This document shows, one piece after another, positions 9,646 to 20,154 of a DNA stretch of 64,000 nt; positions within the stretch are counted from its first letter, which is position 1, and every line of letters starts with the position of its first letter. The notes under the pieces were generated by a model. It saw only the letters and a program-made list of their open reading frames with translations. It did not search any database and was not told the origin of the DNA. The DNA comes from a virus: positions 64,001 through 128,000 of the IMG/VR virus record IMGVR_UViG_3300009183_008543; one strand, written 5' to 3'. The position numbers and the translations under genes are program-made.

Positions 9646-10782
9646 TCAATCTCTGTTAATTTTCAACAATTTAATGCCTAATTTCAAAGGCTCTATCTCA
9701 CGAACCACTTCCTCGTATGAAACCTTTTCATATATTTCGGATGTCATCGGCCAGTTATCACGATCCAACTCTGGTAAAAATAGATTTAATCTACTAACGA
9801 TGCATTGCAGAATGTCCTGATTCCACATTTCTATAGTTCCATCAGTTATAATAGTGCTAAATGTAAAAATATGCTGCTTTGGAAGTTCCAAAGAAGATAA
9901 ATCTTCCACTTCATAATCTTTAAGATTGTTATATCTAGATCTTTCATCTATACAAAGAAATGGAGTTCTAGCCATCATAGCGAAACGAGAAATCCCATTA
10001 AATACATCAAGTACACAACCAGATGTACGCATGGCGGATAAAACCTTAGTGATATCCTTATCATTAAAAAACAAACAATCATCTATAAATTCTGGCGATA
10101 TATCATATGAAAAATTGCTTTGCCATATGACTGGCACAAATCCATTAGCGATGAGCTTTTTGGTAAGTGCTATCCAGAAATCTTTTTTAGACCTAACATT
10201 TGTAGACTTTCCATTGTGCCATAATTTGCAAAATATAGTTGGAGAAAACAAAACCTTAAATCCAGCCCTATTGTTGATTTGCCTTACAAATTCTTTTCCA
10301 AGAATTGAACTTGAAGGAACAAAAGGAAGAAAAACTTCTATATCTTTTTCTGTAAACTCTTTTTTCAATCCATTAAAATAATTGACAGAAATCTCTTTTA
10401 TATCAATGACATTTCTGAAAAACTCATTCAAATTTCTTTTATATACAGTTATAATATCGCATGTATTTTCGAAGCCAATGGCTTTTTCATATATGCGACT
10501 TATTTGACCTTCATCTGAAAATCCCCAATACTCATCAACATATGGGAACAAACCAGCCATTCCCGGATAAGAACAAAGAATAAAATATTTTGATGTTTTG
10601 TTCTTTTTTCTAAATACATGCAGAAACAAAGAAGATAAAATAAACAAAGTGCAAAAATCGCCAAAAAATGGAATAATGCAAACATCACCAAAATCAGTTG
10701 GAATGTTTTTCTCTTCATATCTTTCACGAACAAATCCATTTCGTTGCGATGCTCTTTTAAGAAAATCTGATACATTATTCAA
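9646..10782 (-). CDS. GT9 (heptosyltransferase)-like glycosyltransferase
   Basis: FPYVDEYW, FWIALTKKL and DVFNGISRFAMMARTPFL fit a GT-B/GT9 layout. Confidence 0.55.
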   Translation of the reverse strand: MNNVSDFLKRASQRNGFVRERYEEKNIPTDFGDVCIIPFFGDFCTLFILSSLFLHVFRKKNKTSKYFILCSYPGMAGLFPYVDEYWGFSDEGQISRIYEKAIGFENTCDIITVYKRNLNEFFRNVIDIKEISVNYFNGLKKEFTEKDIEVFLPFVPSSSILGKEFVRQINNRAGFKVLFSPTIFCKLWHNGKSTNVRSKKDFWIALTKKLIANGFVPVIWQSNFSYDISPEFIDDCLFFNDKDITKVLSAMRTSGCVLDVFNGISRFAMMARTPFLCIDERSRYNNLKDYEVEDLSSLELPKQHIFTFSTIITDGTIEMWNQDILQCIVSRLNLFLPELDRDNWPMTSEIYEKVSYEEVVREIEPLKLGIKLLKINRD

Positions 10783-10783
10783 T

Positions 10784-11998
10784 TTATACTTTCCTCCACC
10801 AATAATCTAGTTTTTCTGTGTTCATTCTCACCATGTCGGGATTGTCTATCATTGCTATTTTTGTTTCAAAATTTCCAGATGTAATTTCTTGAATTGCTTC
10901 TTTGGCAACTTTAATTCCTTGATCTTCGTCATTTGTCAATTTGAAAAAATTTGCAATAACTATCTTCTTTTTGTCATAGTCAGTAGTCAAAATAACACGC
11001 ATTCCTTCCTGACCATGACCAACTAATTGATCTGCACTCTCGAAAAGTATCCATGGTGTTTTTACCATTGATGCAAGGCGAGTTGATGCTGTGTAAAACT
11101 GTATAGTAAATTTACATTGAGATAATATTGCCAAAGTAAACTCTAAATCTCTTGCCTCTTGCCTATTTGTAAAATCAACTATTGAATCATCTGGACATGG
11201 ATATACACTTTGTTTTTCACCCATCCAAATTGGGTTATATCCCATCGATTTAAGCAAATTGATAAGGCTCTTATAAAATTCAATACTTAAATTTCTTCCA
11301 TATCGCTTTCTGTTTCTAGCAAAAATAGCAACAGAATTTTCTCGCATGATAAGTTTCGCTTGTTCCTTCTTGCCTTCGCTTGGTTTTGGCGTTGAAACAA
11401 ATCTTTTTTTACTTACACCCAAATCACCAAACAAAGGCTTCACCAAATTGGTGCTTGAACATTTATCACACTTTGTATCAATGTGATTGTGCGATACAAA
11501 ATAATTCTTACATTCAGTGCAAAAATATTGCACACACAATTGAGCCATAGAACTGCCAGTAACCACACGACCAAATTGACTTAACTTAATTTCAAACTTA
11601 CTTATATTTCTTGAATCATTACGAAAAGCATCAGAATATTCACGCAACCATTGGTGGTCTTCATCTAACTCCCAATACTCATCAGCTATCTTACTATAAA
11701 GAAATTGTCTTCCATACCAACCGACCACTATCACATAACAATCTGGATTTGCATGAATTATTTGAGGCAAACAAAAGCATATTCCTATAGTCTCGACTCC
11801 AAATTCGTAAAAAGATGGAACCAACAATATCTTCCTGTTGTCGGTTGGTTTAACTCTATTGGTAAATTTATGAATGTGAAAGTTAAGAGATTCTAACTTT
11901 CTTTCTGGTATCATTTTAATTCTACTACCAGAAGCATAATCATAAGCTGGTAGTAATTTTAATTTTTTATTGGGAGTTGTTTTGCTATTTGACCACAT
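10784..11998 (-). CDS. GT9-like glycosyltransferase with zinc-ribbon insert (true start possibly MIPERK)
   Basis: IADEYW, RNLSIEFY, TASTRLASMVKTPWI; CTEC...CDKC insert; paralogous to the adjacent gene. Confidence 0.55.
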   Translation of the reverse strand: MWSNSKTTPNKKLKLLPAYDYASGSRIKMIPERKLESLNFHIHKFTNRVKPTDNRKILLVPSFYEFGVETIGICFCLPQIIHANPDCYVIVVGWYGRQFLYSKIADEYWELDEDHQWLREYSDAFRNDSRNISKFEIKLSQFGRVVTGSSMAQLCVQYFCTECKNYFVSHNHIDTKCDKCSSTNLVKPLFGDLGVSKKRFVSTPKPSEGKKEQAKLIMRENSVAIFARNRKRYGRNLSIEFYKSLINLLKSMGYNPIWMGEKQSVYPCPDDSIVDFTNRQEARDLEFTLAILSQCKFTIQFYTASTRLASMVKTPWILFESADQLVGHGQEGMRVILTTDYDKKKIVIANFFKLTNDEDQGIKVAKEAIQEITSGNFETKIAMIDNPDMVRMNTEKLDYWWRKV

Positions 11999-12138
11999 TT
12001 AGGACACCTAAATCTTCTGAATTGCTTGCATTTAGTACAAGACTTATATTCAAACAAATCCTTAACTTGCTCTGGCTCATTGTCTACGACTCTTGACCAG
12101 CTACATTTGACGCATTTTATAATATGTCTGTTAGCCAT
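11959..12138 (-). CDS. Small zinc-finger protein (59 aa, below the ORF-track cutoff)
   Basis: Manual translation MANRHIIKCVKC...SCTKCKQFRRFRCPKCGQ with three CxxC; fills the gap between genes. Confidence 0.65.
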   Translation of the reverse strand: MANRHIIKCVKCSWSRVVDNEPEQVKDLFEYKSCTKCKQFRRFRCPKCGQIAKQLPIKN

Positions 12139-12532
12139 ATGTAAACCTATTAGACTTAAGCCAATCTGAAAATTTTATATCTTCTCCATTTTGAGCGAAA
12201 ATAAAATCAATAATGTAAAAGTCAGATGACTTCGAAATGATTATCATCCGAGGTTTTTCTACTTTATTTAAGAAATTAATGATTTTATTTTTCGCAGAAG
12301 ATTTTATCTTTAGCGGTGTTTTTCCATAAATACATGATAATTCTCCATTTGAAGTGAAAGAAACTTCAAATGCATCATCGACAATTCTAATGCTTTTAAC
12401 TTTGTATGATTTTCCAAAATTTTCAATAATAGAAGATTTTTTATAATAACCAATACCATTTACAGCACAATAAAGATGAGCAGATATGAGAACAAATAGA
12501 ATTATCAATAAAAAATTTCTTTTACTCATCAT
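12131..12532 (-). CDS. Hypothetical exported or membrane-anchored protein
   Basis: Basic plus hydrophobic N-terminus. Confidence 0.6.
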   Translation of the reverse strand: MMSKRNFLLIILFVLISAHLYCAVNGIGYYKKSSIIENFGKSYKVKSIRIVDDAFEVSFTSNGELSCIYGKTPLKIKSSAKNKIINFLNKVEKPRMIIISKSSDFYIIDFIFAQNGEDIKFSDWLKSNRFTYG

Positions 12533-12546
12533 ATCCGCATAAGTTT

Positions 12547-13161
12547 TTACTTTTTGGTGTCTATAGTGCTGCCGTTGAGAGAATCGCTCAACTTATCAAT
12601 TTCTTTAAACATCTTGTCAATTGCAGATTGTGCGCTCTTAGAATCTTTTCCAAGAGTTTCATTTTTCTGCATTTCTGACAACATGGAATGAAGTTTTGAT
12701 TTGAGTTCAATCAAATCATCTAAAAGCTTTCCATTTGTGAAATTGTTTTCTGGCTTAATCTTGTTGTCTTTTCCAATAGTATTTGGATAAACAGGATTGT
12801 TTGTATTAGCCATTTTTTTGCTATAACTCTTGATCTTTTTTTTGCTTGGAGTTTTCTCCTCAGTCAAAAAAACATCAGATTCATCAGATTGATCGGAATA
12901 AGAATTATCAGAATAAGATTCCTTATTAGAAAAAGATGAATCGCCAAGCGTTACCATAACATCTTTCCAATTAGAAATATCTGAATCTGTAATTTCAGTA
13001 TCTTTTCCTGTCATCTGACCAAAAAAGTCAACTTCTTTATTGTTGTTATTTGTTTGTTGTTTTGGCTTTACATCATCAAAGATGCCAGCAGCCAAAGCTT
13101 TATCCCATTGTGCGCTTAATTTATCAATATCATCTTTAAAACTAGACATTCTTTTCACCAT
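12547..13161 (-). CDS. Hypothetical protein (start MVKR 13161 or MSS 13149)
   Basis: Long ORF with a C-terminal coiled coil. Confidence 0.7.
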   Translation of the reverse strand: MVKRMSSFKDDIDKLSAQWDKALAAGIFDDVKPKQQTNNNNKEVDFFGQMTGKDTEITDSDISNWKDVMVTLGDSSFSNKESYSDNSYSDQSDESDVFLTEEKTPSKKKIKSYSKKMANTNNPVYPNTIGKDNKIKPENNFTNGKLLDDLIELKSKLHSMLSEMQKNETLGKDSKSAQSAIDKMFKEIDKLSDSLNGSTIDTKK

Positions 13162-13270
13162 TCTTTCTTCCAAGCAGTTTGTCAACCAATTGTTTAACCC
13201 AGTCTGGTTGAGGTAAAAAATTCCATCCTATTATCAATCCAGCCACAAAACACAATATGTAAGTAACCAT
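13142..13270 (-). CDS. 42-aa membrane peptide (not in the ORF track)
   Basis: AAGGAG RBS; MVTYILCFVAGLIIGWNFLPQPDWVKQLVDKLLGRKNGEKNV; ATATATAAAT upstream. Confidence 0.7.
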   Translation of the reverse strand: MVTYILCFVAGLIIGWNFLPQPDWVKQLVDKLLGRKNGEKNV

Positions 13271-13347
13271 ATGACTCCTTCATGTTTAATTTATATATTG
13301 TTTGTTTTTTGATATTCCCTTACAATTAAATAATAAAGGAGAAAAAA

Positions 13348-14298
13348 ATGCCTCACGATCATATGATTTTTTCTGTAGAAGAATGCGAAAACGCAACACT
13401 AATTCCCGAAAAAAATACAGCAATAATAGCCACATATCAAGGTCCGATAAAACTTCTCATGCTGACACTATTCAGCCTCCTTCTTAGGAGTAATCAAAAA
13501 TATCTTGAACACATCATAGTTTGCATCAATGGTCCAGACACAAGATGTGGAGACCCATCACTTCAAGACAAAAAACAGAAATTCCTTGAAGAACTAAGAA
13601 ATATGAAGTGGGAAAACAAAGACATGCCATTGACCGTCATAAGGGCATGGAGCAGAGTTGGACATAGCCAAGCACTAGAAATGGCAATTCCTTGGGTTCA
13701 TACAGAATACTACACAATCATGCATGATGACATCGTTGTGTTGGAAAATGATTGGTGCGAAGAAGCTAATGAAATATTTAAAGATCCCAAGGTTGCCATT
13801 GTACAAAATGGAGTTCCATATTTTGGAGCATGTGCTGAAATAGTCATGGATAAAACCATGAATTGGATTGAAACGGCACATATGAACTCCACATTCATCA
13901 TGTGTAAAAAATCAATTCTCACAGAATTAGGATGCAGATGGTATGGATATTATATTAAAAAAGATTACAGTATGAAGAATATAAATTATAAAGAATATAA
14001 AAACAAAAATATACAGTACAAATCAAATATTGAATTTCCGAAAGAAAATAGCGACTACAATGGTATAAGTTTTGACATAGGATCTTGGGTAATGTACAAA
14101 ATAAAAAACAATAATTACAAAATTGAAATTTTTTCAAATAAAAAAATAGAACATTTTTGGAGTGCCAGTTGGACTCCAGATAAAAATTATCTTGAGAACA
14201 CGGAAATCCAATACAAAAATGTGTTCGAAAGTATTGAAAAAGAAATAAACAACCATCCTCAGTTCGCAGAACTTTACAAAAAATACAATAATTCTTAA
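13348..14298 (+). CDS. GT2-like glycosyltransferase
   Basis: AIIATY, GHSQALE, YYTIMHDDIVV (DxD-type); AAGGAG RBS. Confidence 0.75.
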   Translation: MPHDHMIFSVEECENATLIPEKNTAIIATYQGPIKLLMLTLFSLLLRSNQKYLEHIIVCINGPDTRCGDPSLQDKKQKFLEELRNMKWENKDMPLTVIRAWSRVGHSQALEMAIPWVHTEYYTIMHDDIVVLENDWCEEANEIFKDPKVAIVQNGVPYFGACAEIVMDKTMNWIETAHMNSTFIMCKKSILTELGCRWYGYYIKKDYSMKNINYKEYKNKNIQYKSNIEFPKENSDYNGISFDIGSWVMYKIKNNNYKIEIFSNKKIEHFWSASWTPDKNYLENTEIQYKNVFESIEKEINNHPQFAELYKKYNNS

Positions 14299-14308
14299 GG
14301 AGTTAAAT

Positions 14309-15964
14309 ATGCTTACATACATCAAAGAACTTGCCATAATACCACAAGATACATGTGAAAAACTTGCTGTTGTTGTCACATACAACCGTAAAGAATTTGT
14401 ATCTAAATGGTTGAAAGCTTGGAACAATGCAGAGCATTATGGCGTTAAACTAGCTGTAATTCATACATTTGAAGGCGATAAACCAAAACAAGATGAAATG
14501 GAAAATATACTTCAATATAAACCAACCTATTATATTCCAGTACATAATAGCATATTAAGAGATTTTGGACCACTTATGATGGTTCTGAAAAATCTCACAG
14601 AACTTCCAAATTGGGAATATCTCTTCTGGTTCACAGACGATATGCTTCCGATGAGAAGAACATTCCTTCGTCCTTTTGTTGAAAAAATAATCTCACCAGA
14701 TGTTGGACTTGTAGCTCAATGTTATGAACCAAAAACTACATCTGGTGGCGGTGGACACATAAGAACCATAGCCTATGCGACAAAAAGAGAAGTAACCGAC
14801 AAGCTTAAACTTCCAGATCCAAAAATACAAGGTGGAAATTGCGGATTTGCATTTGAATACCACGCAGGAAGCCACATACTAGAACAAGTGACTAATCTAG
14901 GATATAGATTCGAATTAGCACATGGTGGTCTTCCCGATTCTTTAGGCTATCAGCATTGGACTTCATTCCTTGATTGGATGTGGGATTGTCATCTTCTTGG
15001 TTCTTGGACAGAATATTTGGATGTTTATGAAGAACAATTCAAATCAATTCAAAGGATTGAACATGCCTCTGGTAAAATTGAAACTTTACTTTCTATTGGC
15101 GAATGCGAAAAAAGAACTTTAAGTCAAAAAAAATTATCATTTTTGATCGAATCCTCTTATTTTTCATCTTCGTGTGATTTTGTCACTTGTATTGCTTCTA
15201 TTTTAAACAATTTCCCAAACAAATATCTAGAAGAAATAATCATCGGAATTCATGGAAATGATGAAGATGTATTAGATCAAAAACAAATAATTTTACAAGA
15301 AATTAAAAAAAATTGTTCAACCATACCAATCTCTTTTATTCGAACATCTAATGGAACTAAATCATCAATAATAAAAGATCAACTTGTATTGATGTGTAAA
15401 AGTGAATCTTATGCACTTCTAGATGACACGGTAAAAATTGAAAAAGGAGATTGGGAAAAGCATATGGATAATTTTTTCTCAAATGATAATTTAGCAATTA
15501 TTTGTTGGCAAAGAAATAATGCCACAAAACTTAAATGCGAAAATGAAAAAATGCAAATGCCAAGTATATCCGATAAATTCATTATATGTAAAAAACATAT
15601 AATGAAAGAAATTAATGCAAGTTGGGAAGATTATGAAATTGAATTTAAATTTGGAATAAGCAATTTTGTCAGTTATAATAAATTTATACAATGGCATGAA
15701 AAAAATAAAAGTATAATTAGCAGACGACCAGAAGAAGACAAGTATTTTGAAAAAATTGTATTAAAAAGCGGTTCATTTGTAATTGATAAAATTATAAATA
15801 ACAATTACACAATTGATAAAATTGATGCAGAAATGATTGTTGAAATAAAAGAATCAGATTGTGGAATTTTTAGAAACACAGAAATAAACAATAATTTTTT
15901 TGTTAATATTAAAAACATCATTGAGATAGAAAAGTTAAATTCTCAGGAACAAGTAATTTCTTAA
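14309..15964 (+). CDS. Two-domain glycosyltransferase-like protein
   Basis: N-domain AVVVTYNR...WFTDDM; C-domain is a diverged copy of the upstream gene (KYLEEIIIGIHG vs KYLEHIIVCING; LLDD). Confidence 0.65.
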   Translation: MLTYIKELAIIPQDTCEKLAVVVTYNRKEFVSKWLKAWNNAEHYGVKLAVIHTFEGDKPKQDEMENILQYKPTYYIPVHNSILRDFGPLMMVLKNLTELPNWEYLFWFTDDMLPMRRTFLRPFVEKIISPDVGLVAQCYEPKTTSGGGGHIRTIAYATKREVTDKLKLPDPKIQGGNCGFAFEYHAGSHILEQVTNLGYRFELAHGGLPDSLGYQHWTSFLDWMWDCHLLGSWTEYLDVYEEQFKSIQRIEHASGKIETLLSIGECEKRTLSQKKLSFLIESSYFSSSCDFVTCIASILNNFPNKYLEEIIIGIHGNDEDVLDQKQIILQEIKKNCSTIPISFIRTSNGTKSSIIKDQLVLMCKSESYALLDDTVKIEKGDWEKHMDNFFSNDNLAIICWQRNNATKLKCENEKMQMPSISDKFIICKKHIMKEINASWEDYEIEFKFGISNFVSYNKFIQWHEKNKSIISRRPEEDKYFEKIVLKSGSFVIDKIINNNYTIDKIDAEMIVEIKESDCGIFRNTEINNNFFVNIKNIIEIEKLNSQEQVIS

Positions 15965-16511
15965 GGCTTTCTTCAGTTACAATTACTTCTCCAAATTGTC
16001 TGTGCCATCCTCGTCTCTTGCCCTTATATACAGTATTTCCTTCAAGGAAATACTGTATAGCCTTACGAGTTCTTTCAGCATAAAAGTTGCTATAAAGAGC
16101 CTCTTCAAAATTATCTAAAGAAATATCATAGGAACTAGAAGATCTCAATAAAATTGTAAATAAGGATCTTCTCATCGTGTATTTCAGCCACCACTTACTT
16201 GGCTTTACATACATAATATGTTTTTTTTGAGTAGGACCAAAAATACTTTTTTCTTGAACATTTAAAATCGTTTCTATTTTTTCAAAAAAAGCATTTAGTG
16301 ATTTATTTCTTGAGACTGGATGAGCATAAAAAAATAGTTTGGCATTATACATTTGATTGTGCCAAATCTCTCTGCAATGATACCAATTCTTGACAACATA
16401 TCTTTCGTTTTTTATTCCATTCGGTTTCCCGAAAGAACCAATAGAAGGACGATATACAGTATCGATTAAAATCATATCACCAATATTATTCGCTTTTTTC
16501 TTTGTCATCAA
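15918..16511 (-). CDS. Hypothetical protein
   Basis: 197-aa ORF downstream of dnaE-C. Confidence 0.7.
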   Translation of the reverse strand: MMTKKKANNIGDMILIDTVYRPSIGSFGKPNGIKNERYVVKNWYHCREIWHNQMYNAKLFFYAHPVSRNKSLNAFFEKIETILNVQEKSIFGPTQKKHIMYVKPSKWWLKYTMRRSLFTILLRSSSSYDISLDNFEEALYSNFYAERTRKAIQYFLEGNTVYKGKRRGWHRQFGEVIVTEESLKKLLVPENLTFLSQ

Positions 16512-16965
16512 TGCTATCTACGATTTTTGCTGTTATTTTACACTTTTTATTCGATGCGTCTAAAAACTCATCCATGTTTTTTACATTTATCAATACCCAA
16601 TGAGGATCATTTGAAGGAAAATTTTCTTTTTGTGTATAATAAAAAGATTCCAAAGTATATTTGTAAACCTTTTTTTCAACATCTTCTTTAGTCATTCCAT
16701 AAACAAGATCATCACAAACTTCTCTTACTATACGAATAGATTCCTTTTCTGTGGCACAACCAAGATTCCTCATTACAGAAACAGCTGCTTCTGCTTTGTC
16801 TTTATGCAACAAATCAATTATATTTTTCTTCATAAGACCATCAATAAATTCAGCAATTGCGGTATACTTTACCATAATCTGACCTTTTTGTGGCTTATGT
16901 CTTCTGACATCAAAAAAATACTGCTCAAAGTTATTCTCATCAATAATCAATTCTGAATCGCTCAT
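16486..16965 (-). CDS. Hypothetical protein
   Basis: 159-aa ORF with GAGG RBS, starting 1 nt after the dnaE-C stop. Confidence 0.7.
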   Translation of the reverse strand: MSDSELIIDENNFEQYFFDVRRHKPQKGQIMVKYTAIAEFIDGLMKKNIIDLLHKDKAEAAVSVMRNLGCATEKESIRIVREVCDDLVYGMTKEDVEKKVYKYTLESFYYTQKENFPSNDPHWVLINVKNMDEFLDASNKKCKITAKIVDSIDDKEKSE

Positions 16966-16966
16966 A

Positions 16967-19684
16967 TTATTCCTCTAAACACTTTTCAAATTGTTTCAAA
17001 ACTTCATCATCCGTTTGATATTTTTCATCATCAGAGGCAGGGTTTTTCAACACAATAACCCTAAAATCTAACTCCTTAGTTGGATATTTCTGTTGCCATC
17101 TTTTGTTTGGATCTCTCAGATTCCTTTCTAATGAATACCCATTAAATCCTCCAGATGGCGGAGAAAGCCTCACTCTAAGTAAGTTATCTTTCTTTAATTC
17201 TTCTTCCCATCTAAAAACATCTTCTTCCCAAAAGAATATTCTGTTTTTTTCTCCCATAGCATCTTCGGCTTCTATAGAGATATAATCTTTTCCATTTTTG
17301 GTTTTGTTTTTTTTTGTAGACAAAACTTTAATCTCGACAGGAACAATGCAATTTTCATGTTCCCGCAAAATTTGAAATGTATACCCCTTAAAATCAGAGC
17401 TTTTCTCCAAGTCATGTTCCCATGCAAATCCATAATATTTCAACTCACAAGATGAAACGCTTCTCAATTCTTTGGCAAATGTTTTATCTATCTGATGATC
17501 ATCGGAATTGAAATCAACAAGTTTTGGCAAATCAAAAACCTTAGATTCATCAAACTTTTTAATCGCCCTTTGTCTTCTTGCCCATATTTTTTTCAATTCT
17601 TTTAACTTATTGTAAGTTTTCTTGACCAACATTTTTTTATAAAATCTTTCAGTCTGAACTTCTACAAAGTCATCAGTGCCTTTGACCTTAATATATTCAA
17701 CCTCAATTCTTCTTTCTCCAGTAGTACTTTCGACAATTTTTTCAGTTTCTATGATTTCATCAATATCATATTTTTTCCATTCTGGATCATCGAAAACATT
17801 ATCGCCAACCAAATCAGTTAACTTTCTAGATTCTCCAACACAAATTTTAGAAAAATCTTCTTCGTAATTTTCCATGCCGTCTATAAATCTTTTTCTCTTG
17901 TCCTCTATTTTTTTAACAGCAGATTTATAATGTTCGTAAAATTTCCAAAGCGTAATTGGATCAGCATCTTTGAAGCAACGCAATCCAACAAGTGCTTTTA
18001 ATATGCTAGCATCTGTTCCAAACTTAAAAAGAAAATCTTCAAAATTTGCATATGGCTGATTATCAACAATTTTTTTCGCTGGTATTTCTCCTACGCCTTT
18101 AATGTTTGACAATCCATAATAGATAACATCATCAACAAGAGAAAAGGTTTCTTTAGACTTATTTATATCGACCTTTTCCATCTCAACATCATGCCGTCTT
18201 GCCTCTATCTTGTAGTCCTTTATTTTATCGCTCAATGTTTCGCAGCTAAGAACAGCAGCGTAAAATTCTTGAGGATGATGAGCCTTTAGATATAATAATC
18301 GAGAAGAAACATAGGTATAAGCAACGGAATGACTCATATTGAAGCCATATTCTGCGAAAGATTTTATCTGTTCCCACAAGCTCTGAACTTCTTCCTGAGT
18401 AGCATCTAGATTTTTTTGTCCATTTTCAATAAACATAATTTCATATTTCTTAAAAGCTTCTGCCTTCTTTTTAGAAATAGCTTTTCTTACAACTTCACAA
18501 TCTCTTAAAGGAATTTCACCAACAATATTTAAAATTTTCATAATCTGTTCTTGAAAAACCATAACTCCATATGTGTTTCCAAGAATAGGCTCAATCAATG
18601 GATGTAAGGTGTATTCTTCTTCTTCTTTTTTTCTTTTCGTATATCTTTCATGCATTAACATGCCAAGAGGACCGGGGCGATACAAAGCCGTATATGCAAC
18701 TAAATCTTCAAATCTATCAACACCACCAGCTTTTACCAATCTTCTTATGCCTTCTGAATCAAATTGAAATATGCATTTCAAATCACCTTCATTTGCCATA
18801 GCCAAAGATTTTTGATCATTTCTCCAAGAAGAAACATCTGTCCAATCAGAGTCATCATTGTTAGCACATATGCTTTTTATATTTTTTCTTTTTTTGACCA
18901 ATTCGCAACATGTAGATATTTGTTTTAAATTAGAAATTACAAGCAAATCGAATTTCACCAAACCTACTGGTTGTAAGTCTTGACCATTAAGACCTTCCAC
19001 CCAAGCAGATGCTTGCGGATTATCTTTTCTTTTTACTAATGGAACCATATCGGACAAAGGAACTGAACTTATAATCAAACCTCCAGCATGTTGACCCATA
19101 CCTCTATTTCTATTGATTAACTTGTGTGCTGCCGCAGTTGCTTCGGGATGATCTTCACAATATTTTTTCAATTTTGGATACAATTCCATGGCAGATTCCC
19201 ATGTCATAACATTTCCATCTTCATCTTTTGAATCAAGATTCTTGGTAAGTTCAAGTATTTCTTCTCTAGGATTGTCGTGAACCCGTGCCATATCAATCAA
19301 GGCACTCTTCATTCCGAAGGTTGTATAGTTGCTAATATTACAAACATATTCTTCACCAAAAGTTTCTAAAGCCCACTTGTTTTTTAAATAATCACGAACT
19401 TCAGACAAATAATCCACATCAATATCTGGCATATCGCCTTGGACAAATTTTGGATCAACATCGACATTAAAATCATCACATATACCAAGAAGCCAAGGAA
19501 CAATGATATTGTTTGTATTTTTAAATTTATTTTTCTCGCTAAATAATTTCAAAAAATATTCAGCTTTTCCTTGAACATCTATTTCTCGAAGCTCCCACTC
19601 AAGCCTTTTGCGATATTTTTCTCCAAGATTTCTTTTGTCGAAAACATGCCACAAACCTTTTTCTAATTTTTGAAAAGCATTCAT
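16967..19684 (-). CDS. dnaE: DNA polymerase III alpha, C-terminal subunit (palm/thumb/fingers/HhH/OB) of a split DnaE
   Basis: MPDIDVD, HAGGL, GLVKFDLL, IFQF, ALYRPGP, YGVMVFQEQ, YGFNMSH, GLSNIKGVG; no PHP domain; GGAG RBS before ATG 19684. Confidence 0.95.
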   Translation of the reverse strand: MNAFQKLEKGLWHVFDKRNLGEKYRKRLEWELREIDVQGKAEYFLKLFSEKNKFKNTNNIIVPWLLGICDDFNVDVDPKFVQGDMPDIDVDYLSEVRDYLKNKWALETFGEEYVCNISNYTTFGMKSALIDMARVHDNPREEILELTKNLDSKDEDGNVMTWESAMELYPKLKKYCEDHPEATAAAHKLINRNRGMGQHAGGLIISSVPLSDMVPLVKRKDNPQASAWVEGLNGQDLQPVGLVKFDLLVISNLKQISTCCELVKKRKNIKSICANNDDSDWTDVSSWRNDQKSLAMANEGDLKCIFQFDSEGIRRLVKAGGVDRFEDLVAYTALYRPGPLGMLMHERYTKRKKEEEEYTLHPLIEPILGNTYGVMVFQEQIMKILNIVGEIPLRDCEVVRKAISKKKAEAFKKYEIMFIENGQKNLDATQEEVQSLWEQIKSFAEYGFNMSHSVAYTYVSSRLLYLKAHHPQEFYAAVLSCETLSDKIKDYKIEARRHDVEMEKVDINKSKETFSLVDDVIYYGLSNIKGVGEIPAKKIVDNQPYANFEDFLFKFGTDASILKALVGLRCFKDADPITLWKFYEHYKSAVKKIEDKRKRFIDGMENYEEDFSKICVGESRKLTDLVGDNVFDDPEWKKYDIDEIIETEKIVESTTGERRIEVEYIKVKGTDDFVEVQTERFYKKMLVKKTYNKLKELKKIWARRQRAIKKFDESKVFDLPKLVDFNSDDHQIDKTFAKELRSVSSCELKYYGFAWEHDLEKSSDFKGYTFQILREHENCIVPVEIKVLSTKKNKTKNGKDYISIEAEDAMGEKNRIFFWEEDVFRWEEELKKDNLLRVRLSPPSGGFNGYSLERNLRDPNKRWQQKYPTKELDFRVIVLKNPASDDEKYQTDDEVLKQFEKCLEE

Positions 19685-19758
19685 AAGTAACTCCAAATAA
19701 AATGAATTAATATTGTATCACGAAATCTAAATAAATCTAGTCAACAAAAGGAGCATAT

Positions 19759-20130
19759 ATGAATTCATCAAAAGAACAGATATTAAAACTTTCTGGTTTG
19801 ATAAACGAACAACAAGCAGAATTGTCAATTGAAGAATTTGCAGAAAAAAGACATGCTGGTGCAGAAAAAATTGCAAATGCCGCAAAAGAAAAAGGTGGCG
19901 TTGCATTACTTACCTATGATCATTTTCATGTCAAATTACCTTATTACAAAAAAACATCAGAAGGAAAATTCAATCGTAAAAAACTTCAAGAAGAATATAA
20001 AGAGTTATGCTCTGAGCTTCATTCCTATATGGATGATATCGCAAGTATAGACCAATCTAAATTTCAAAAATTAGTTGGCAAAATAGAAGTTGTAGGAGAA
20101 TTGCTTATAAAAAACAAAAAGAGCCTCTAG
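19759..20130 (+). CDS. Hypothetical, probably late/virion protein
   Basis: AAGGAG RBS, CTAAATA at 19727-19733, N-terminal ILKLSGLINE. Confidence 0.7.
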   Translation: MNSSKEQILKLSGLINEQQAELSIEEFAEKRHAGAEKIANAAKEKGGVALLTYDHFHVKLPYYKKTSEGKFNRKKLQEEYKELCSELHSYMDDIASIDQSKFQKLVGKIEVVGELLIKNKKSL

Positions 20131-20154
20131 AAAACTAGAGACTCTTTTTTTTTT
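20116..20154. terminator. Bidirectional intrinsic terminator
   Basis: AAAAAGAGCCTCTAG-AAAA-CTAGAGACTC followed by a long T run, between convergent units. Confidence 0.8.

Noticed and set aside
17480-17860. Intein in dnaE-C beginning CVGES
   Set aside because: No TxxH block, no terminal HN-[CST], no LAGLIDADG; more likely a lineage-specific insertion.
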